In this document: piece after piece, positions 57,830 through 64,000 of the stretch
Position numbering within the stretch: the first letter of the stretch is position 1
How the letters are laid out: each line of letters starts with the position of its first letter
NCBI GenBank assembly: GCA_016192945.1
Contig: JACPTE010000024.1
Coordinates: 16,001 to 80,000, forward strand
Direction: 5' to 3'
Length of the DNA stretch: 64,000 bases
Origin: Candidatus Woesearchaeota archaeon
GTDB taxonomy: Archaea; Nanobdellota; Nanobdellia; Woesearchaeales; UBA10216
Position numbers and translations under genes: made by a program
Notes under the pieces: generated by a model
Databases searched by the model: none
What the model was told of the DNA's origin: nothing
The model's input: only the letters and a program-made list of their open reading frames with translations

Positions 57830-60271
57830 TCACTCCTGCTTCAGGATGCCCCTGAGTATTGACATGATTTCTGGGTGCTTCTCAGGATTCAGCATATCTA
57901 CATGAAGCAAGACAGGCTGCAGGCTCGCAGAGCAGTTTCCCCTGGCATAGTAATTATTGGCGCCATCAATGTATGCACTTCTTGCTGTTATGATGCCGTC
58001 ACCATCCTCCCCCTCTGTGTTGCATCCAGTCCCAATTATGTTGTAAACAGGAATGCCTTGAGGCTGGTTTTGCGGGTCGTTGAGCTTCCTGAGGAAGAAT
58101 GAGCCTGAAGACATGTCCTCGCACTCTTTTTCTTCACCCAGGAAAGAGCAGATTTTTGTTGATGTCTTGTTTATCCCGCTGTTTGGTGTGCCTATCATTA
58201 TGAGCTTTGAAACTGATTCGTCACCAAAAATCTGCATGTAGCTCCTTGCTACAAGCCCGCCCATGGAATGCGCAACTATTATCACCTTGTCCTTCCCGGT
58301 TCTCTGCTTAACTATGTCCACCAGTTCCTTGAGCCTTACAGCGTAAACAGTGATTTCATGGCTGCTCCTCTGGACAAGCAGGTATCCTCCCCTCTGGTCG
58401 CTTATTATGTCATAATAATAAGCCACGCTGACGCTTACCGGCTTTCCTGACAGCCCCCAGTCACCAGGCTTGATAGTATCGCTGGAGTTGGGGTATAATA
58501 TGCCTGCATTCAAGTATCCTTCTGACTGCAAGGCCCTCTGAAGGGGGCCAAATGCCTCTGCAGTGAATTCTGGAACACTGCCCCTGCCGATTGAATGGCC
58601 GTGGACTAAAATTATCGGGTAGGTTTTAGGGTCATTCCTGCACTCAGGGCCTGTGCAGCAGGACCTGCATTCCCCCAGAACGCAGCATTCTGGAAAAGGC
58701 TCCCCAAGGCTCTGGTTGATTTTTATGATGTCTGAATGGATTTCAGGCATTATTGCTTGAGAAATATTCGCCCTGGCCAGGGTTAATGAAATGTTCGGGT
58801 ATCTTATGCAGTGAAGCCTGTAAAACTCTGTGGTGTCATTGCTTTCTGTGAGATTGAGGGAAAACCTGAGTGTGGTGTTTTCTGTCAAAGCGCCGCCTGA
58901 TGATAGGTTGCTTTCAAGTTCTCTGAGCTGGAAAAGGAAGGATGACTGGTTCATCATGCTGGAAATATTCAGCTTGTCAAGCATATAGGAGTATGCCCTG
59001 GGGCCGTTGAGTGACCGATTAGATTCGCCGAGAAGCTGTTCTGCATAGTAATATGAGGCGTTTTCAAGTTCACCGCTTACCCCATTGAGCATGGTGCAGT
59101 AGCCTGACCTTATTGAATTTATTTCAGATATTCTTCCCTGTCCCTTGAAGGAGTAATTCACTGTCTTGCAATACCCTTTCAGCAAGCAGGCCTTTTTCAG
59201 TTCATTTTCAGCAATTCTGGTTGCCTTTTCTGATATGTTGCCCAAATGTCCTGCTGCTTTTTTCTCAGATAAATCCAGCCCAAAATTGGCAGCCTCCAGC
59301 ATCGCCTTTATCTCAGACACGTTTTCATAATCAAGCAGTAAAAGCCTGGTTACAGTGTCATTGAAATCTTTGCTTTCAGAAATGATTTCCTGCTGCAGGG
59401 CCGTGTCATTTGCTTCAGCAGCAATTGATATGCTCGGGCCAAGCTCTCCCTTATCAGAATATGTCCTGTTCAGCTCCAGCACTATGCTGTTGTAGGATGA
59501 AATGTCTTCATTCAGTGAGCTGTTAATTTTCTCAATGAGCTTGTAAGAAACCTCTGTCCTGTTTTGGAACCTGTTGTTCAGAAGGGCGTATTCCTGCTCA
59601 TTCCAGAGCGTCCTGAATGTTTCCGACTCAAGAATCACTGATTGAATCTCATCATTAAGCTGCGCCCTCATGGCAGACAGGTCCTTCAGGCTCATCTTGC
59701 TTTCAAGCTGGTTAATCTGGCTGTCCAATAAATCGGCTTCTCCATAGAAAGAGCTCAGTTCGCCAATATGCGCTGTAAGGTTGCTGTGGAGGGTTTCCTT
59801 CAGTTTAAGCTCTGCCTCTGTGTAGTCATAGTTGAATGTTATTAGCGAGGCATATGATTTCCATTCATATCCTGAAAGGCATCCAATGGACTGGATATTC
59901 CTGCAGGTTGCATCAAAATTATACAGGAACTGGCCTCTGCCCCTCCTTGTGAGCTTCAGGCTATAGTTCCTTTCAAACGACTCCCATGGCCTTATGCTAA
60001 AGCTTCCGCTATCAATCCCAATCCCGCTGCTTTGGTCGCTGAAACTGTATTCGCAGCTGACAGTGCAAAAGATTCCTGTATTTGGCCTGATGCTGAACCT
60101 TACAACCGAAACATTCCCATAATTCCCATGAAGTGAAGTGTTGCTTGTAGAGAGGTATACTGTAAGGTCGTTTTTTACATAATTTACCAGGAATATTGCA
60201 GCGATAACTATAATGAAGGCAATGGCCAGCAGGGAGATTATTATTACCCTCTTTGCCTTTGAATGCAGCAT
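57830..60271 (-). CDS. Membrane-anchored extracellular protein with C-terminal alpha/beta hydrolase (lipase-like) domain
   Basis: N-terminal TM; long helical stalk with sequons; Cys cluster; PIILVHG, AHSMGG, IGTPNSG, DGII, LLH. Confidence 0.85.
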   Translation of the reverse strand: MLHSKAKRVIIISLLAIAFIIVIAAIFLVNYVKNDLTVYLSTSNTSLHGNYGNVSVVRFSIRPNTGIFCTVSCEYSFSDQSSGIGIDSGSFSIRPWESFERNYSLKLTRRGRGQFLYNFDATCRNIQSIGCLSGYEWKSYASLITFNYDYTEAELKLKETLHSNLTAHIGELSSFYGEADLLDSQINQLESKMSLKDLSAMRAQLNDEIQSVILESETFRTLWNEQEYALLNNRFQNRTEVSYKLIEKINSSLNEDISSYNSIVLELNRTYSDKGELGPSISIAAEANDTALQQEIISESKDFNDTVTRLLLLDYENVSEIKAMLEAANFGLDLSEKKAAGHLGNISEKATRIAENELKKACLLKGYCKTVNYSFKGQGRISEINSIRSGYCTMLNGVSGELENASYYYAEQLLGESNRSLNGPRAYSYMLDKLNISSMMNQSSFLFQLRELESNLSSGGALTENTTLRFSLNLTESNDTTEFYRLHCIRYPNISLTLARANISQAIMPEIHSDIIKINQSLGEPFPECCVLGECRSCCTGPECRNDPKTYPIILVHGHSIGRGSVPEFTAEAFGPLQRALQSEGYLNAGILYPNSSDTIKPGDWGLSGKPVSVSVAYYYDIISDQRGGYLLVQRSSHEITVYAVRLKELVDIVKQRTGKDKVIIVAHSMGGLVARSYMQIFGDESVSKLIMIGTPNSGINKTSTKICSFLGEEKECEDMSSGSFFLRKLNDPQNQPQGIPVYNIIGTGCNTEGEDGDGIITARSAYIDGANNYYARGNCSASLQPVLLHVDMLNPEKHPEIMSILRGILKQE

Positions 60272-60344
60272 ATTGGCCGATTAGTCCTGTTTTTATTAAA
60301 AACTTGCGTTCCTTTCATAAACTTTTTAAACATTCCTGAACTTC

Positions 60345-60358
60345 TTAACGATTGTTAA
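60345..60358. promoter_or_regulatory. Inverted repeat between TATA and start of the suf operon
   Basis: TTAAC-GATT-GTTAA, downstream of TTTTTAAA (60323-60330). Confidence 0.45.
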
Positions 60359-60362
60359 CAAA

Positions 60363-60725
60363 ATGGCAGTTTTACCCCAGGAAATACAGGTTTGGTATGT
60401 CCTTCCTGCGTTGAGGAGGGAGATGGCGCGGATGCTTATAGGGCATCATGGAATGCCGCAGAAAAAGGCAGCTGCCATTCTGGGGGTTTCTGAAGGGGCA
60501 GTTTCGCAGTACTTGAGCTCAAAAAGGGGGGCTAATGTCAAATTCAGCAGGCCGGTTATGCAGAACATCAAGGCTGCAGCAAACAGGATAGCTGAAGACA
60601 ACTCAACAGCAATACATGAGCTGATAAAGCTCTCTGAGATGGATTCTGTAAAGCGCATGATATGCGAACTGCACATTGAGCAGGACCCGGCAATCAAGCG
60701 GGAATGCAATATCTGCTTCAGGTGA
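60363..60725 (+). CDS. HTH transcriptional regulator with C-terminal Cys/His cluster
   Basis: [37 protein letters not shown]...CNIC. Confidence 0.88.
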   Translation: MAVLPQEIQVWYVLPALRREMARMLIGHHGMPQKKAAAILGVSEGAVSQYLSSKRGANVKFSRPVMQNIKAAANRIAEDNSTAIHELIKLSEMDSVKRMICELHIEQDPAIKRECNICFR

Positions 60726-60729
60726 AATT

Positions 60730-62139
60730 ATGACAGAGCAAGCATTAAACCTGCTGAACTCAGACTATGGGCAGAAATATGGATTCAGGGACCCTGAACA
60801 ATATGTAAGAAAGTTTGACAGGGGGCTGACCAGGCAGGCGGTTCAGGAAATATCATCTCTCAAGAATGAGCCTGAGTGGATGAGGAACTTCAGGCTTAAG
60901 TCTCTTGAAATATTCTTCAGGAAGAAAATGCCTGCGTGGGGGGCTGACCTGAGCCACATTAATTTTGATGATATCGTGTATTATCTCAGCCCCACTGAAA
61001 GGAAAAGCGCGTCTTGGGATGATGTTCCTGCGAATATCAAGAGCACTTTTGAGAAGCTGGGGATTCCAGAGGCTGAAAGGAGGTTCCTTGGAGGTGTTGG
61101 TGCGCAATATGATTCGGAGACAGTTTACCACAAGCTGAGAAAGGACCTTGAGGAAAAAGGAATAATATTCACGGACACTGACACAGCACTCAAGGAGCAC
61201 GAGGGCATATTCAGGAAATACTTTGGCACTATAGTTCCCCCTCAGGACAACAAGTTTTCTGCATTGAACAGCGCTGTATGGAGCGGTGGGAGCTTTATTT
61301 ACATTCCCAAAGGTGTCAAGGTTGATGTCCCATTGCAGGCATATTTCAGGATTAATGCGAAGAACATGGGGCAATTTGAGAGGACTCTTATTATAGCTGA
61401 TGAGGGCTCTTCTGTCAACTATGTTGAAGGTTGCACTGCACCCATCTACTCCAGCGACTCCCTCCATGCTGCGGTTGTTGAGCTTATAGCCCTGAAGAAC
61501 GCCAGGATAAGGTATACCACAATCCAGAACTGGTCAGGCAATGTCTACAATCTTGTGACCAAGCGGGCATATGCGCACGAACATGCAGTTGTTGAGTGGA
61601 TTGACGGGAATTTGGGCTCAAAGGCAACGATGAAGTATCCGAGCGTCTACCTGATGGGAAGGAATGCTAAGGCAGACATACTTTCAGTGGCATTTGCAGG
61701 AAAGGGGCAGCACCAGGACGCTGGAGGGAAGGCGTACCATTTCGCTCCGGATACCACCTCAACAATAATCTCAAAGTCAATAAGCAGGGATGGGGGAAGG
61801 ACATCATACAGGGGCCTGCTTCATGTAGAGAAGGGGGCTGAGAATGTGAAGTCAAGCGTAAGGTGCGATGCGCTGATTCTTGATGAGGAATCAAGGTCCG
61901 ATACATATCCGGTGATGGAAATAGATGAGGAAAACGTCACTATAACCCACGAGGCAACTGTGGGGAAAATTGGGGAGGACCAGATATTCTACCTTATGTC
62001 GCGGGGGCTTACAGAGCAGCAGGCAGTGACTATGATAGTGCTTGGATTTGTAGAGCAGTTTACCAAGGAGCTGCCGATGGAATATGCGATTGAGCTTAAC
62101 AGGCTCATACAGCTTGAGATGACTGGCTCTGTAGGGTAG
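60730..62139 (+). CDS. sufB: Fe-S cluster assembly scaffold SufB
   Basis: [37 protein letters not shown]; start ATG 60730 after GGTGA. Confidence 0.97.
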   Translation: MTEQALNLLNSDYGQKYGFRDPEQYVRKFDRGLTRQAVQEISSLKNEPEWMRNFRLKSLEIFFRKKMPAWGADLSHINFDDIVYYLSPTERKSASWDDVPANIKSTFEKLGIPEAERRFLGGVGAQYDSETVYHKLRKDLEEKGIIFTDTDTALKEHEGIFRKYFGTIVPPQDNKFSALNSAVWSGGSFIYIPKGVKVDVPLQAYFRINAKNMGQFERTLIIADEGSSVNYVEGCTAPIYSSDSLHAAVVELIALKNARIRYTTIQNWSGNVYNLVTKRAYAHEHAVVEWIDGNLGSKATMKYPSVYLMGRNAKADILSVAFAGKGQHQDAGGKAYHFAPDTTSTIISKSISRDGGRTSYRGLLHVEKGAENVKSSVRCDALILDEESRSDTYPVMEIDEENVTITHEATVGKIGEDQIFYLMSRGLTEQQAVTMIVLGFVEQFTKELPMEYAIELNRLIQLEMTGSVG

Positions 62140-62154
62140 CCTTGGGGGGTTTTC

Positions 62155-63297
62155 ATGCATAAAGAGCTTTTCATCAAGAGTGAGGAATCAGAGCCTGATT
62201 GGCTGAAGAGGGAAAGGCAGGAGGCTTTTCAGATTTTCATCCAGCAGCAAATCGGGCAATCAGCATACGCTGACATTGGTATAGACTTCAACAGGGCGAT
62301 TTCCGAAGCAGGAAAAACAGGCATTATCTGCAGGGGCGGCGATAAAACAATGGTAAGGGACATAACTGCAGCAATCATGGAAAATCAGGAATTAATGGGA
62401 TTTCTCTCTCAAAAGCTGGTAAGTGATGATGGCTGGATGGCAGCCATGAACACTGCGTGTTTCAATTCAGGCTCATTCATAAGAGTCCCAAAAAACACCT
62501 CAATGAGGCTGTTTAGGAACTTAGTGTCTGGAAATTCTGGCTTCACAAGGACAATCATAGTGGTTGAGGAGGGGGCTGGATTGGAGCTGATTGATGAATT
62601 CACGTCAGGTGCGGATAATTATTTTCACAATGACATGACTGAGCTTCACATAAAAGACAACGCAAGGGTGAGCTACACTTCAATACAGAACCTTGGTGAT
62701 GGGGCTGCATTTATCAGCTGCAGGAAAGCGATTGTGGGAAGAAACTCAAAAATATCGTGGAGTATCATTGGCTCAGGCTCAAAATTTTCAAAAAGCAGGC
62801 GGGAAACAATCCTTGATGCAGAAGGGGCTGAGGTAACGGAAGCAGAGGTAATCCTTACGCGGGGCAGCCAGAGAATGGATTCTGATGCCAGCATACTGCA
62901 TAATGCCAGGAATACGCGGAGCTGGTCCTCAACCAGGGGTGTGCTTGATGGCAGTTCAAGGCAGACTGCTCACGGCATGGTCAGGATAGGGGAGCATGCC
63001 TCAGGCACCAATTCGTTCCTGGAAGAGCATTCAATCCTGCTCAGCAAAGATGCAAAGGCAGACTCTATGCCTGCACTGGAAATCCTCACAAATGATGTCA
63101 GGGCGAAGCACGCTGCTACATGCTCCCAGATTGATGATGAAAGGCTCTTTTACATCATGGCACGCGGATTGTCCAGGGAAGACTCAAAGAAGCTGATTGT
63201 TGAGGGGTTCATAAAGTCGGCCATATCAAGAATGCCAGAACAAGATGAGATTATAGGGATGACGTGCGAGAAATGGCTTCAGGAACTATGCAGCTAA
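62155..63297 (+). CDS. sufD: Fe-S cluster assembly protein SufD
   Basis: Beta-helix; P.LEI..NDV.AKHAAT, LFYIMARGL. Confidence 0.9.
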   Translation: MHKELFIKSEESEPDWLKRERQEAFQIFIQQQIGQSAYADIGIDFNRAISEAGKTGIICRGGDKTMVRDITAAIMENQELMGFLSQKLVSDDGWMAAMNTACFNSGSFIRVPKNTSMRLFRNLVSGNSGFTRTIIVVEEGAGLELIDEFTSGADNYFHNDMTELHIKDNARVSYTSIQNLGDGAAFISCRKAIVGRNSKISWSIIGSGSKFSKSRRETILDAEGAEVTEAEVILTRGSQRMDSDASILHNARNTRSWSSTRGVLDGSSRQTAHGMVRIGEHASGTNSFLEEHSILLSKDAKADSMPALEILTNDVRAKHAATCSQIDDERLFYIMARGLSREDSKKLIVEGFIKSAISRMPEQDEIIGMTCEKWLQELCS

Positions 63298-64000
63298 ATG
63301 CCAGCTCAATAAGGGAAGACTTCCCAATACTTGGAAGAAAAGTCAATGGGAAGCCGCTAATTTACCTAGACAATGCTGCAACATCCCAAAAGCCAAGGCA
63401 GGTGATTGATTCCATAAGGGATTATTACGGGAATTACAATGCGAATGTTCACCGGGGCATACACAGGCTGAGTGAGGAGGCATCTGAGGCATACGAATCC
63501 TCCCGCGAAAAAGCCGCCAGGTTCATCAATGCAGGATTTGAAGAGACAATATTCACTAAAAACGCCACTGAATCGCTAAACCTGGTAGCATATTCAATCG
63601 GGATGCAGCTTGGCAAAGGCGATGAGGTGGTTGTTTCGGAAATGGAGCACCATAGCAACTTTGTTCCTTGGCAGCAAATCTGCCTGAAGAAAGGGGCAAG
63701 GCTCAGGTTTGTGAAGATTGATAAAGAAGGCAGGCTTGACATGGATGACCTGGCTGGCTGCCTGAACAGGAAAACCAGGATTGTCTCCATTACGCATGTT
63801 TCAAATGTCCTGGGGACAATAAACCCTGTAAGGGAAATCGCGAAGCTGGCCCATGATTGTGGTGCGCTTTTCATAGTTGACGCAGCACAGAGCGCCCCTC
63901 ACATGCCTCTTGATGTCCGCTCAATAGGCTGTGACTTCCTTGCATTCTCATCGCACAAGATGCTCGGGCCAACAGGCATAGGTGTTCTTTACGGGAAAAA
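63288..64000 (+). CDS. sufS: Cysteine desulfurase SufS (runs off window end)
   Basis: Manual translation from ATG 63288: IREDFPIL, IYLDNAATSQKP, ANVHRG, MEHHSN, DAAQS, FSSHKMLGPTGIG. Confidence 0.95.
   Translation, partial: MQLNASSIREDFPILGRKVNGKPLIYLDNAATSQKPRQVIDSIRDYYGNYNANVHRGIHRLSEEASEAYESSREKAARFINAGFEETIFTKNATESLNLVAYSIGMQLGKGDEVVVSEMEHHSNFVPWQQICLKKGARLRFVKIDKEGRLDMDDLAGCLNRKTRIVSITHVSNVLGTINPVREIAKLAHDCGALFIVDAAQSAPHMPLDVRSIGCDFLAFSSHKMLGPTGIGVLYGK

Noticed and set aside
1-64000. CRISPR arrays, integrases, transposases, rRNA or recognisable riboswitches
   Set aside because: None seen by eye; the intergenic gaps are short and are accounted for by promoters, hairpins or the pseudogene.

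Overview
Archaeal chromosomal DNA: TATA-type promoters, GGTGA/GAGG Shine-Dalgarno sites, a tRNA with a bulge-helix-bulge intron, and PurP. It is most likely from a DPANN/Woesearchaeota-like organism (inferred from gene families, not proven). About 52 kb (4.2-57 kb), almost all on the minus strand, is one biosynthetic supercluster. It holds de novo purine genes (guaA, 2x purP, purB/C/E/Q/SL/M/N/D/F, split purH, purA), folate one-carbon genes (folD, glyA, 5-formyl-THF cyclo-ligase), pyrimidine genes (pyrF/E/C/K/D/B, carAB) and arginine genes (argH/G/F/J/C/D/B, three ArgA-like GNATs). Accessory genes are interleaved: an MNT-HEPN pair, EamA, HAD, LOG, a Nudix-GDPD-Nudix fusion and a methyltransferase. 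The flanks carry an ABC ATPase fragment, a secreted Lon-type protease, a coiled-coil gene cluster, a PRC-barrel gene, tRNA-Gly(CCC) with a 16-nt intron, a membrane-anchored lipase-like protein and an HTH-sufB-sufD-sufS operon. The strongest novel signal is a gap-free 57-bp promoter/operator element (TATA plus two 16-bp TGTCY-N6-RGACA palindromes) in front of all three arginine transcription units. It sits next to a divergent HTH-ACT protein, making a candidate ArgR-independent arginine regulon. An unannotated, frameshifted B3/4 tRNA-editing gene remnant lies inside the same cluster.
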